Assembly (NCBI RefSeq): GCF_006345805.1
Contig: NC_043008.1
Location: 59,272,001 to 59,336,000 of the forward strand
Direction of reading: 5' to 3'
From: Octopus sinensis
Lineage: Eukaryota
Length of the DNA: 64,000 nucleotides
Every line of letters starts with the position of its first letter. Position 1 is the stretch's first letter. Made by a program: the position numbers and the translations under genes. Shown here piece by piece: positions 1 to 12,789 of this stretch. Under the pieces are notes generated by a model that ran no database searches, had not been told where the DNA came from, and saw only the letters and a list, made by a program, of their open reading frames with translations.

Positions 1-175
1 GGTATTAAGTCGATTACATCGACCCCAGTGCGTAACTGGTAGTTAATTTATCGACCCCGAAAGGATGAAAGGTAAAGTCGACCTCGGCGGAATTTGAACT
101 CACAACGTAACGGCAGACGAAATACCGCTAAGCATTTCGCCCGGCGTGCTAACGTTTCTGCCAACTCGCCGCCTT
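1..175 (-). mobile_element. tRNA-derived SINE family A, running off the window edge
   Basis: Head GGCGGCGAG(C/T)TGGCAGAAACGTTAGCACGCCGGGCGAAATGC and core GCCGAGGTCGACTTT(A/G)CCTTTCATCCTTTCGGGGTCGAT shared with many copies here. Confidence 0.85.
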
Positions 176-204
176 ATCCGTTATCTATTACCGATTGTTC
201 TTTA

Positions 205-600
205 CCCTGCTCCGTGGTTGATTAAGCTGGAGAGCTTGCTCTTCCAATGTCTATGGAGGGGACAGGTTCCACTTGTCAGACGACTCATTTGCTTCAGCAT
301 CCGCTGTGTGGAGGTCTGAGGATGCCATAGCTAATGATGCCCAGTCTCCAGTGATACCTTATCGGTGAACAGATGTGGTCGCTATTTGTTAGATGCGCTT
401 TCCCGCTGCTCAAGTCTTTGATTGAGCGACAGTCCTGGATTAAGCGCAGACTGAGACAGGGCACTTGGCAATTAGAGTTTCTCCATGTGCTCACAGCTCT
501 CAGTCAAGCGGACAATGCGGTCTATGAAAGTTCCACCATGGAGTTCTATAGAGAATTATAGGTGGGCAAGACGCTTGGTGAATTTACCGCCTTTGCATAG
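205..600 (+). mobile_element. Decayed L1/Tx1-like LINE ORF2 fragment (post-RT region)
   Basis: WLIKLESLLFQCLWRGQVPLVRR..QHPLCGGLRMP resembles the LF.FLW..V.R..GGLG(M)P motif; stops and frameshifts. Confidence 0.55.
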
Positions 601-892
601 GTCTGGTTGGTGTGTTTGTTTGTGTCCCCCTGGTGGCTCAAATCCGAAAAGCAAATATTCATTCTGTTTTGAAGAAAATGATTTTAAAAGCAAACATGGC
701 GATATCCGTCCTAAAAACGGATATCACCATGATAAATTAAGTACCAGAGTGATGGAGGTGAAAGTATGAGGTAGGTATGATAGTGAGTTGAAAGACACTT
801 TAGAGACCTCCGAGATCTATCCTCAAAAGGAAGGAATTGTGAGTACTGACCAACAGCAAAATACAGTGGACCCCACTACCACTATAAAAATA

Positions 893-958
<66 letters not shown>

Positions 959-967
959 CATTATTAT

Positions 968-1410
968 TGAGTGAGAGAGCAGTATATGCCATCGGAGTGA
1001 CACGAAGCACAGTATATCCGTCACAAACCTATGTGCGCGACATGGTGATCCCATATCAAGATTTACAGCGCATGACCTTGCAGTTGGGGCCCAGTTAGAA
1101 TTTTCCTCAGCTCGTGTAGCCCATCCTGCTCAAAAAGTCCTTGAATAATGATTGTTTAAAAATGTTGAAAAAACACCCATGTTTCCAAAGGTGAATTATT
1201 CAAACTCCAAAAAATTCCTCTCAACACATGGCTATGATGTTCCCCCACTACTTCTGCTCATGATCAGAGATGCACATATCATCAGCCACTAAGAGACATG
1301 ATCACCTGGTTAAGGTCAAACAACTGTAGACTATCATATACAAAACAATGTACACGATAACACTTCCAATCGGTTAAGATCAGAAAACATGAAGGCCACT
1401 GCTTGTATTA
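968..1410 (-). mobile_element. Non-LTR retroposon 3' segment with (AAT)n tail (family E)
   Basis: Same sequence recurs at about 37028, 37371 and 39545; always ends in CACTCAATAATAAT tail on the minus strand. Confidence 0.75.
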
Positions 1411-1438
1411 TTGTTATTATTATCATCACCATCATCAT

Positions 1439-1489
<51 letters not shown>

Positions 1490-1498
1490 GCTTATTAA

Positions 1499-1711
1499 AG
1501 CGGCGAGCTGGCAGAATTGTTAGCACTCCGGACGAAATGCTTAGCTTTACTTCGTATGGTTTTAAGCTCTGAAATCAAATTCCGCCGAGGTCGACTTTTT
1601 TAAAATCCTTTTCGGGGTCGATAAATTAAGTACCAGTGAAATACTGGGATCGATATATTCGACTAGTCTCGTCCCCACAAAATTTCAGGCCTTATGCCTT
1701 TAGTGGAAAGG
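1499..1711 (+). mobile_element. SINE family A (short-tail form)
   Basis: Head, core and ..AAAATTTCAGGCCTT..AGTGGAAAG tail, followed by (ATT)n. Confidence 0.85.
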
Positions 1712-1731
1712 ATTATTATTATTATTATCAT

Positions 1732-1809
<78 letters not shown>

Positions 1810-1846
1810 AGTAGCAGCAGCAGCAGCGGCGGCGGCAGCGGCAGTG

Positions 1847-1935
<89 letters not shown>

Positions 1936-1972
1936 AGTAGCAGCAGCAGCAGCGGCGGCGGCAGCGGCAGTG

Positions 1973-2036
<64 letters not shown>

Positions 2037-2037
2037 G
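1712..2037. repeat. Compound (AGT)n/(GCA)n/(GCG)n/(GGT)n microsatellite with a duplicated internal cassette
   Basis: AGAGTAGCAGCAGCAGCAGCGGCGGCGGCAGCGGCAGTGGTGG occurs twice, about 126 bp apart. Confidence 0.9.
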
Positions 2038-2489
2038 TTTATGATGATAATGCAGAGTGATTATTTTAACACATTCTTGGATTTCTCTCTCGTTCAAGTT
2101 TTGGTACTCGAATCCAGTAAATGTTTCATCGATGCAGATTTATTTACGCCTTGAGCTGTTTGGGAGGTGATTAATTCGTAAATATTCAGTGATGATTGAT
2201 CTCAGCTCAGCAAGATTGGTTGGTGGCTTGAGAGGTGGGGAAATTCGGAGAGAGAAAGAGATTGTGTGTATGAGTCAAATAGAAAAGGATAATCACCTGC
2301 ACCCTTCCCACCACACACACACACATATAAATATCGAGATTTGAGATGGACGGACGGATGGAAAGAAGGATAGCTAGGTAGACGACGAAGACGGAAAGAG
2401 AGAGCGATAGATTATTAATATATTTAGCATGTAAAGTCATTGGATTACAAGATAATCTCCCTGTCTTATCTTGTAAAATTTTATTGTAG

Positions 2490-2683
2490 CTAGGTCGTTA
2501 CCCGTGTCGCTACGCTAGCGGTAAAAAATACTTGTTAATCATTCACGCATCATCATTAATTGTTCAAGGTGAAAGTCTTTGTTTAAAATATGTGTTGCCT
2601 TGTCTATATATTGAAAGACAAACACATACGCACACACACACACACACAAACAACGAAATAAAATAACTATATATGTATGTATG

Positions 2684-2717
<34 letters not shown>

Positions 2718-2718
2718 A

Positions 2719-2761
<43 letters not shown>

Positions 2762-2911
2762 TTTTCTGGAGCGTGTGTGTATGTTGCGTTGTGTTGACAG
2801 ACTTGCACTTTAAGATTCTCGCGTTTTCTATCAAAACTTACTACTACAGATACTTTGGTTATAATATTTTCTATCTATCTGTCTTTCACGCTCTCTTGCA
2901 CTCTCTTCCTT

Positions 2912-2948
<37 letters not shown>

Positions 2949-3302
2949 AAACACACACACACACAAGCAAACAACAACAAAACTATATGTATTATGTCTT
3001 TTTTTAGGTGTGTGCTGTGTTTTATTGACAGGCTTACGCATAAAATTCTAGCGTTTTTAATCAATACTGGTTAGTCACTATGGTAACAACACTACCTATC
3101 GATCTATATTTGACACACGTGTACACACTCGCTCTCTCACTCTATTTCTCTCTCAACAACAATATTTTCTCCTCCCCTTCTTCAAAATATACATTGTGAC
3201 AGAGATTATTTCCTCTTTTGATTCTTCCTCTTCTTCAATCCATTTAATAGGTGTTGTGACGGACAGACAGACAGGGATCCACTTCTCTTTCATAATATTA
3301 GA
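2490..3302 (-). mobile_element. Non-autonomous Helitron candidate
   Basis: Minus strand reads A|TCTAATATTATGAAAGAGAAG..GTCTGTCTGTCCGTC at the 5' end, with a GC-rich hairpin then CTAG at the 3' end (2490-2493). The base after CTAG is C, not the canonical T. Confidence 0.6.
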
Positions 3303-3701
3303 TGATAGGGAAACAATTTAAAGAACAGACGATGTTTGACGAAATAAGGAAATGAACTGGGTAAACAGGGGTTCGTATCGCTTCACTAGCAAGCGCTTAC
3401 ACATTTGCTAGAATAATTTATCGCTTAGCGTCTTATTTGACTCACCTAAAAATAAGTTAGGAACACTGAATGAAAGACTTCATCAGTGTAAGCAGGAAAG
3501 CATTATGAACATAGCGAGTTTATCCTTCTGTTGTTGGAATGGTCCCCAAACATTAAGCAGACTTGATGTCTGGGTCTTACATCAGTTGAATGTGGCTAAT
3601 CTCACCCACCGTATTTCCATCAACGATTCGTTGCAGTAACGTGAACAAAACGAAGCTTTTTTTTTGAGAGAGAGAGAAATGACGCGACAGCAAATATATT
3701 G

Positions 3702-4084
3702 TCTATATATAAAACTGTAGTTGTGTGAGTGTCTGTCCCCTCCGATTTAGATTCCTAACTACTCCCACATTTTGCGGTGCAGTTTAACCAAAACCGGGTA
3801 TCTTATAGTTGTGATTCATATCGAGCCCTTCTGGGTATTAGCGCGCGTCTACGATGAGTCTACGATTTTTAAAATAATTTACCATCATTTTTTTCCATTT
3901 TCATGCATATTTTTTTAAGGGGAAGTAACTCTCTAAAAATGTCTACGATGAGTCAACGATTTAAAAAAAATTTACCATCATATTTTTTCCATTTTTAATG
4001 CATTTTTTTTTTGCTATAACTCTCTAAAAATGCTGTATAGTTATTTCCCTTACAAACCCGAGCAACGCCGGGCGATACTGCTAG
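3702..4084 (+). mobile_element. Non-autonomous Helitron
   Basis: 5' TCTATATATAAAACTGTAG..GTCTGTC; 3' hairpin CCCGAGCAACGCCGGG (4057-4072) then CTAG|T; internal duplication of about 50 bp. Confidence 0.8.
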
Positions 4085-4139
4085 TTGTCTATAACAATGT
4101 AAAACGTAAGTGATTTTGAGGGAAGCGTGACGAAACACC

Positions 4140-4701
4140 AGAAATAACTTCCGAAGCAGGACTTCCCCCGATGAAGTTGTCCTTTCAATTTAGCTGGATT
4201 GGAACTGTAGTCTTTTAAGGGCCTCTTTCAAGGGACAGGACTATCATTGCAGATGTGTACTGTGAACAGCTCGACTATTTTAATGCAAAAGAACCGACCA
4301 TTACTTACTAATCATAACAGCATTAACTTTCATCATAACAACGCTTTGCGGAGACCCGGGAGAAGTGAATATGTTTTGGTTTGGAAGTTTTACCGCACCA
4401 TCCATATTTGCCCGACCTTGCTCCTTCACCTTCCATCTGGTTCTGTCTCTTTAAAATTCATTAAAGGGACAGAACTTCAGCTCTGAAGATAATAGAAAAA
4501 TTCACCTGAAAGGGTTTTTCTAGTAAAGACAGGAAATTCTATGAGCAGGGGATAATAGATTTGGCCACCACATGACACAAAAGCACAAAATATTGCAGCG
4601 AAACAGCAATTATATCATTGATTGAATAGATCGCATTGTGTTTGAAACTTGCGAATTATTTCTGTTGAAAAAACCCTAATGGTCAGTTTGGCCAACCCCA
4701 A
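4140..4701 (+). mobile_element. Decayed mariner, 3' half
   Basis: TIIADVYCEQLD-like and HHNNA..PDLAP motifs; right TIR ..GGCCAACCCCAA followed by TA. Confidence 0.7.
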
Positions 4702-4745
4702 TATATGAATATATTTATATAATACACACACATACACACACTCAC

Positions 4746-4780
<35 letters not shown>

Positions 4781-4956
4781 GACGTCATAATAATTTAGAA
4801 ACTTCAAGAACATGAAATAATTCTATTTGAGAACAGTAAATCTCGAAGCATATGTAGCTATAAATAAAATGCAAGAAAGCAAGCAGCTATATCCACTGGA
4901 CAATATGCCAACATTACAGCATTAAGACTGACATAAATAATAATAATAATAATAAC

Positions 4957-5258
<302 letters not shown>

Positions 5259-5340
5259 TAACAATAACAATAACAACAATAATAATGATGATGATGACGA
5301 TGACAGATGGCAAATGAGAATCAGGAATCATAAAACCTAC

Positions 5341-5426
5341 CGACATAAAGATTTATAAATATTGCTGCAAACTGGGACACCGATCCGATTAGTAAATATC
5401 CAATGAGAGCTTTTTTCCTTCCAAAC
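5341..5426 (-). CDS. SLC22: SLC22 transporter exon 7 (second GRK loop, TM9); absent from the ORF track
   Basis: Pyrimidine tract + AAG|G acceptor; (W)FGRKKALIGYLLIGSVSQFAAIFINLYV; donor G|GTAGGT; 86 nt; phase fits exon 6. Confidence 0.85.
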
Positions 5427-5506
5427 CTTCCGGAAAAAGAAAAGTAATAAAACTAAGTAACATGAAGGTGTAAAAGCGTTTAGAAAATTGTGTGTGTGTG
5501 TGTGTG

Positions 5507-5574
<68 letters not shown>

Positions 5575-5995
5575 GTGTATCTGTGTGTGTCTGTGTCTGT
5601 GTCTATGTTTCAATCTTCAAACTTTTGACGCTTCGAGATGCAAATTATATCATTTTAAAGGTTGAGACTCGAAGTGGATACAGCTATCACTAACACTTAA
5701 TTACTGGCACAAGACCAATCATTTTAGGGGCTGAGAAGTACGACAATTATTTCGACTAAAGTACTTACCTGGTACTTTGTTTATCGACCTCGAAAGGATG
5801 AAATGTCAAAGTTGGCCTCAGCAGAATTTGAGTTTATCTGTGGGATTCGAACCCAAATCTTCTGCCTATTTCACAGACGGGCTGACCGTTGAATTAAAGT
5901 AACTTTCAGCCGGTCGTTTATCTGATTCAAACCGTTATGTTTACAAAATGTCTGTCGACATCGTAAAAATATCGCCCTTTCGAGATGTGAAATAT

Positions 5996-6345
5996 TGGGT
6001 CATCCCATAAATAATGCGGTTTATTTTATACTTATTTTATTTGTCAAAATTAAGATAAATACACTTCTTATTTAATCTCAGATATACTTTTCTTTATTTT
6101 CTACAATGCTCTTCCATCTATCTGGTAGACTTGTAGAGCTCCTCTTCCAAAATTCATTTTGTCCGTTACCAAAAATACTACACAATTCATATTTTTTCTG
6201 TCCAAATGGTCTTGAAGACTGCCGAGATATGATAATCAGATGGAGCAATGTCCAGCGAACATGGCGATTGGAGCATCGTTTCCCATTCAGACTGATCCAA
6301 CCTTTGGAATGTCAACCTCGCTGTTTGTGGCTGCGCATTATCCTG
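5996..6345 (-). mobile_element. Mariner 3' fragment (same family as 9831-11351)
   Basis: TIR TA|TTGGGTCATCCCATAAATAATGCGG; QDNAQPQTARLTFQRL..DIAPSDYH. Confidence 0.8.
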
Positions 6346-6462
6346 AAGGGTACACGTGTCTGTGGAGTGCTCAGCCACTTACACGTTAATTTCACGAGCA
6401 GGCTGTTCCGTTGATTCGGATCAACCGGAACCCTCGTCGTCGTAACCGACGGAGTGCTTCCA
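6346..6462 (+). mobile_element. SINE family C 3' tail fragment
   Basis: Matches the tail of the full copy at 40391-40763 (..CCCTCGTCGTCGTAACCGACGGAGTGCTTCCA). Confidence 0.8.
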
Positions 6463-7452
6463 TTGAAGTATCTTTTGTTTTGTAATTGTTTTCCTCGGAT
6501 ATTTGACGATTTTCAAGCATCAACAGAGATTTCGGTTGATGCAAAGCGAAGTAGAAGAGTTTGGTAAGTTCAATTCTCATGACTTGTGAAGTATTTAAAT
6601 TTCAGACCTTTTGCTCCTTCGTCTAAGAATGAAAAAGAAGCGGTGGTATTGGATTCTGGGTAAGCTTCATTAGACAGACGTTGTGGACGTGGTCTGTGTA
6701 GGCACCAAGGCTTTATTGACATAAACTCAGATCCAAAATATGGACAAAATGCTGTTAAGCTAACGATTCTGCCATTGAAATGGCGACAAAAAAGGTGAGA
6801 CGATCCCAGCTAGGTCACTTATGATTATAGGTCAACTCGATTAGGACAATATAAAGATAAATAATAGCATAGAATAATCATCGAACTTATTTTATTTCTG
6901 AATGCATTTGACCTCCGATCTGTGCTGACCTGAAACAAGAGTTTAAAACCGATTTTATATCTTTTTACTCTTTCTGTATCGCTCAAAGTCATAACAGACA
7001 TAATTCGTCGTCTCTGTACAAAACGTTGAGACCTCAAATCACTGGTACTGTCTATCGGACAGATTTTCACACAGTTTCCCAATTACCTTAGCCTGGGATC
7101 GACTCAAGTCGATTCCTAGCTAATGTAGAGAAAGCTTGCTCATAGTGTCGCGCAGCAGGATCGAACCAGCCAGAATGTGATTTTGAAACAGTCTTCTCAA
7201 CACTATGGCTCTGTTCGTAGATAATGTAATCAGTATTCGAAATCAGAATGTAACGACGGACGAAATACTGCTTAGCATTTTGTCCGGCATGCTAACGATT
7301 CTGCTAGCCGACTTCCTTAAACCGAGATATGACATAAATATATACACAATAATTACTACATTACGACACAGTTTAGGCAATATTCTTAGTCAACGCGAAG
7401 CAAGTATATGTTAACGATTTATGAAGGAAATTAGATTTATATTTCTACCCAC

Positions 7453-7587
7453 CACATGAAGGATTTCCACACGGAAGTCATAGTGACCAACTCACATGCT
7501 GCCGTTACAAGGAAGTTGAAATATTTGTTACCACTCAATGACGTCACTGCTAAGTAGATACCATAGTAGGACATTGAATTGATCGCC
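7453..7587 (-). CDS. SLC22: SLC22 transporter exon 6 (TM7-TM8); absent from the ORF track
   Basis: TTTACAG|G acceptor completes TG|G=W; AINSMSYYGIYLAVTSLSGNKYFNFLVTAACELVT matches the NSxxYYG..L.GN.YxNF..E consensus; probable donor TG|GTGGGT; 135 nt. Confidence 0.88.
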
Positions 7588-7823
7588 CTGTAAATAGGAA
7601 TAAACGAAGGTTCATTTAAATAAGTAAATAACGTAGCTGAATAGATAGAGCAAGAAGCATATCAAAGAAAAATCAACAGTTCGATTACCTCCCTTACGAA
7701 CACTACCATGTGTTTCATGGCTTTGACCAATCTTCTCTCTCGTTCTGTTTACCTGGATGTAAATAAAGACTTAATCCTGTGAGAAATGAATATTATAAAT
7801 ACTATATAATCCTCACTGAATCA

Positions 7824-7997
7824 CAAGCTGCCAGACGAGATGGTGAAGATGCCGACGACCGCTTTGTTCAAAGTCTCCCTTGACCTCAAGTGGCCTGAAC
7901 TCTTTACATGAACACCACCCTGTACTTAACTCCATGTCCCCCTACATGGCCTTGCTATTTGCTTTTGAGCCAAAAATTAACTAACTAACTAACTAAC
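7824..7997 (+). mobile_element. Heavily 5'-truncated copy of the CR1-like LINE
   Basis: Near-identical to the 3' end and (CTAA)n tail of 50904-52813. Confidence 0.9.
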
Positions 7998-9458
7998 ATG
8001 GTCTCCGTCAAAAGGTTCGTTTTCATACTGATTGGGTACTAATGTAGGAGGACCCAAACCGCTTTCAATATCAAAGCCACCTGGAAAATAGGAATACACA
8101 AAGAAGCAAGGGAACTGACATGGCTCAGTGGAGAATGGAAATCACATCGCAAAATCCGATTCCTGGATTCCTCTACAATGCTTGCAAGAAAGCAATGGAA
8201 AAACATAATGATGAATAAATGCTCCTTTTGTTTTGTTTTCCTTAGAGCCTTGAGTTAGAGAGAAGAGACTCCTTCAGTAGTGAGCATCGGGTCGAAACAT
8301 TTAATTACCAGGTGTTACACTTATTTCCTGTGATGACTTTAACTCGTTCTAAGGACGTGGAAATGGCAACAATGAGTTTTTGCTACTCGGCTTTTATAAT
8401 CATTTCCTGTTTCCGATTGTAAATTGTGGACGCTCTCAGATGGTTTCTCAATAATGAAGAAACTGTAATTATGATAAAGATTTCCAAGTACGAGAAATTA
8501 TATAATTGATTAGAACCAAAGTTACTGGAATTCACATACGTCACTAATTATGGCCAATCAATTTTTTTCTTCTAAGCCGCCATAATTAAGAATCTTCACT
8601 ATATTTTTCTCGTTTCTTGAATTATTTAACACAGCATCTAGTGACTTCTATAAAATATACAGAACTTACATTTTCTTAAACATGTTTTCAATTCTCAGAC
8701 TAGTTATTAACTCATCAGAGCCCTTTATATGTGCCTTTTTCTATCTTTTATCCCTTGCGTTTTACCTTATTCAGAATACAGAATAGTCATTAGCGAAACG
8801 CCTTTGAGCAATCGTGGCTGATCAGCCTTATTCAGCCATGGCTGATCTGCGATTAACCGACTTTATAACATCTCTGAAAGAAAATGTTATGCATTTCTTT
8901 ATTGCTAAGGGCACGAGATAAGCTCCAATCCCAGTAGATTATAGCAATTTGAAAAAAAGATTACTACTTAGTGTAGATGTGCAGTTACAATTATCTTAGA
9001 CGTTGCACAAATCTCATTTCGCTACAGGAAAAAGTGAACGTGTGAAATATCTGATTTTTTTCTTTCCCAAATGTACTTACTTGTTTTGTTAAACTACAGC
9101 AATGTTTCTATGAAAATGTTCATATACCTTACTATTTGTGATTATAGAGATAAACAACGTATCCCACACACTATTACGATAAATTGCTAACTGGTGCGGA
9201 TGATTTTTCATGACTAGAGCTTTGACCTGTTAGCGTTTAAACGGACCGTGTTAAGCCAAAATATTATGTCTGTTTTATGTTCAAACCGGCCCTACAATGT
9301 CATTCTAAAACTAAAAATTGCATCATCAAAATCTCAAAGCTACGAGATAATACGTGATTAATTCGAAACAATGTCAATAAATAAGCACCACATTTGACGG
9401 AGTAATTGGAATGCTTAAAAGGTTACAGAATATGAAGAATCTTCAAGTTTGCATTTCT

Positions 9459-9493
<35 letters not shown>

Positions 9494-9612
9494 ATAACAC
9501 ACTAGAGCATTGTTAAATAAATATATAGATAGATAGACAGACAGACAGATATATATATAGTGAGAGAGAGAGACAGAGAGAGACAGAGAGAGACAGAGAC
9601 AGACAGACAGAC

Positions 9613-9655
<43 letters not shown>

Positions 9656-9830
9656 CATAACCATAAAATTTGAAGAAAATAAATATGAATTACAAGCTCC
9701 CTTGATGAGTCTTGAATCTAGCATTACCTTTTCTAATTTAATTGCACACACATACATACATACATACATACATACATACATACATACATACATGTGTGAG
9801 GGTGTCTATATATACATACATATATATATA

Positions 9831-11347
9831 TTGGGTCATCCCCTAAATAATGCGGTTTTGTCAATTGCATGAACTAAAAGTCGGATGGGGACAGGATAAA
9901 CTATCTGCATCAACTTGGTATGATAGCGAGTAGTAAATGTACCTTGAGCTTATTCTTAGTGCAAGTTTTGAAGGGCCAACCAGGAGCCCATACATGTTCA
10001 GATTAGACGAAGGAAATGGAGATGGATCGGTCACACATTGCGGAAAGAACCCTCAAATGGGACACGACAAGCACTTGACTGGAACCCGCAGGGGAAAAGG
10101 AAGCGAGGACGTCCGAAGCAGACATGGAAGCGGAGCATTTTGGACGAGCTCAGGACCACCGGCCTGACATGGGCAGCAGTCAAGAAAGACGCCAATGAAC
10201 GCAAAAAGTGGAGAACAACTGCTGAGGCCCTATTCTCCACAAGGAGCAAAAAGGATTAAGAAGATAATGGAAGTAACAAAGGAGCATATTCGGCATATTT
10301 TGCTTTATGAGTTCAATAAAGGCAACAACGCAACGGAAAGTGTGAGGAATATAAAACTAATGCAGTATATGGGGATCGGACAATAAACGTAAGCCAGTGT
10401 GAACGATGATTCCAGAAATTCCGAGCCGGAAACTACAGCCTAGAATACGATCCTCGTCCTGGAAGATCTACAGAGCTCGACGAAGATGTCCTGCAAAACC
10501 TGGTAGAACAAAGTCCCATCGTAACTGTTGAGGAACTAGCGGAGTAGCTTGGATTTGGTCATTCAGTCATTCATCGACACCTGCGTGTTATCGGAAAAGT
10601 CAGTAAATTCGTTCAATGGGTTCATCGCGAACTTGCCGAGTCTAACCGTGCGCAGAAAGTGAATGCGTGCCCTTCTTTGAATGAACCGTTTTTGGACCGA
10701 ATAGTGACTAATGATGAGAAATGAGTTTTCTATAAAAATATGAAGCTCCGAAGTCAATGGGTAAGGAAAAGAGAAACACCGGAACCCCAGACTAAAGAAG
10801 GCCTTCACCCACGTAAGGTGTTGTTATTTGTTTGGTGGGATATTAAAGGTTTAGTCTACTTTGAACTTTTAAACCTAAACCAAACGATAACAAAGGATAT
10901 CTACTGTGAGCAGCTTGAGCGGCTTAAGTCAACGCTAGAAGAAAAACGACCATCTTTGGTTTCAAGACGAAAGGTGTTCTTCCACCAGGATAATGCTCGG
11001 TCGCAAACAGCGAGGATGACATTCCAAAGGCTGGATCAGTTTGAATGGGAAGTGATGCCGCACCCACCATATTTGCCGGACATTATCTCATCTGATTACT
11101 ATTTATTCCGCAGTCTTCAAAATCACTTGGACGGGATAAATATGAATTGAGGAAAGAACAGTATAGAAAGTGTATTTTTCGTCACGGACAAGTGAATTTT
11201 TGAAGTGGGAACAAGCAAGTCTACCAGATAGATTGAAGACCATTGTAGAAAATGAAGGAGAGTATATTTTAGATTAAAAAAAGAACTGTTTGTCTTAATT
11301 TTGAAAAATAAAAATATCACAAAAAACCACATTATCTATGGGATGGC

Positions 11348-11351
<4 letters not shown>
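9831..11351 (+). mobile_element. Near-full-length mariner (DD34D-type), transposase inactivated, with nested RTE insertion
   Basis: Both TIRs with TA flanks (TTGGGTCATCCC.. / ..GGGATGGCCCAA); MEVTKEHIRHILLYEF HTH, WDIKG, HQDNAR, PHPPY..SDYYLF; stops and frameshifts. Confidence 0.92.
9974..10259 (+). mobile_element. RTE-clade LINE 3' fragment nested in the mariner 5' region
   Basis: RRRKWRWIGHTLRK..ALDWNPQGKRKRGRPKQTW..W...A..R..WR C-terminal RTE motif. Confidence 0.88.
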
Positions 11352-11386
<35 letters not shown>

Positions 11387-11414
11387 CCAAGATATATATA
11401 TGTGAAACACTTAC

Positions 11415-11819
11415 CAGCAGTATATCTGTATCAGCATGATACTTCGTAAAGCCGGGTCTGTAAACAGCGTCAAAGAACTAGGATTGTCTTTGTTACTTGG
11501 AGTTTCTTCTGGTGTTACATTATATTCGGTTGTATTCTCAATGGTGATCGGTGGTGGCTCAATTGTAAACAGAGAATTTATGGAAGTACTCTTCTCAAGT
11601 TCAGATTCTTTTTCATTATTCGACGACATGAGAGGAATGGTAGTTGTTTTATCATTGAGAATATCACACTTGACACATTCTTCCCCGGCAATTTCAACAT
11701 GTTTATGCCAAATCGGATCAAAGTCTATATTGTTCATTTTCGTTGCATGTCGTATAATATCTTTAGCACGATCCAAACGATTGTTCACAAAAAGCCACCG
11801 AAGAGATTCTTTTAAAAAT
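11415..11819 (-). CDS. SLC22: SLC22 transporter exon 5 (central cytoplasmic loop, TM7 start)
   Basis: CAG|A acceptor; FLKESLRWL (PESPRW-equivalent)..LFTDPALRSIMLIQIYC; donor TG|GTAAGT; 405 nt, phase 2-2. Confidence 0.92.
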
Positions 11820-11862
11820 CTGCAATGCGACAGATAATACAGAGTAAAGATTCTAATTTCAA

Positions 11863-11966
<104 letters not shown>

Positions 11967-12194
11967 AGACTTTGCAGCTTTAATAAAAGCATAATACTCA
12001 AATACTTAAGGAATTACATATACACACATACATACATACATACATACATACATACATACATACATACGTACGTACGTACGTACATACATACATACATACA
12101 TACATACATACATACATACATACGTACGTACATACATACACATACATACATACATACATACATACATACATACATACATACATACACACATACG

Positions 12195-12548
12195 TAGGCG
12201 CAGATGTAGCTGTGTGGTCAGAAGTTTGATTAGCAACCACGTGGCCCTAAGTTTGGTCTCGTTGCGTCGCACCAAATGACTTCTACTATAGCCTCCTTGT
12301 GAGTGGATTTGGTAGGCGGAAACTAGAACCTTGTTTGTGTACACACACACACACACACACACAACACACACACACACACACACATACACACACACACACA
12401 CACACACGCGTACGACTTTGCCTTTCATCCTTTCGAGGTCGATAAATAAAGTACCAGTTACACACTGGGGTCGATGTAATCGACTTAATCCCTTTGTCTG
12501 TCCTTGTTTGTCCCCTCTATGTTTAGCCCCTTGTGGGCAATAAAGAAG
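12195..12548 (+). mobile_element. SINE family B head fragment, (CA)n, then SINE family A 3' fragment
   Basis: Matches to other copies in the window. Confidence 0.75.
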
Positions 12549-12789
12549 CTATATATATATTGGAAGGTTTGGAGATGATGTACAGGGATTTTATATTAGA
12601 AGAAATGAGGTACTCAGAAATTCGGATGGTTTTATATTTACAGATATTTATTTGTATATTACATGTTTTTATACATCGTATAACTTAGATCATGTATTAG
12701 CGCTTTCTCCCATTCTAGTGGGGTTTTCAAATCGAACTAAGTTCCTGTGTGAAAAGTTTTGACCATTTTATAGTGTTATTGAGTTTTAT

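Noticed and set aside
780-890. Possible SLC22 exon 8 after TTTTTATAG (minus)
   Set aside because: The required frame hits a stop, has no good donor and lacks TM10-11 motifs.
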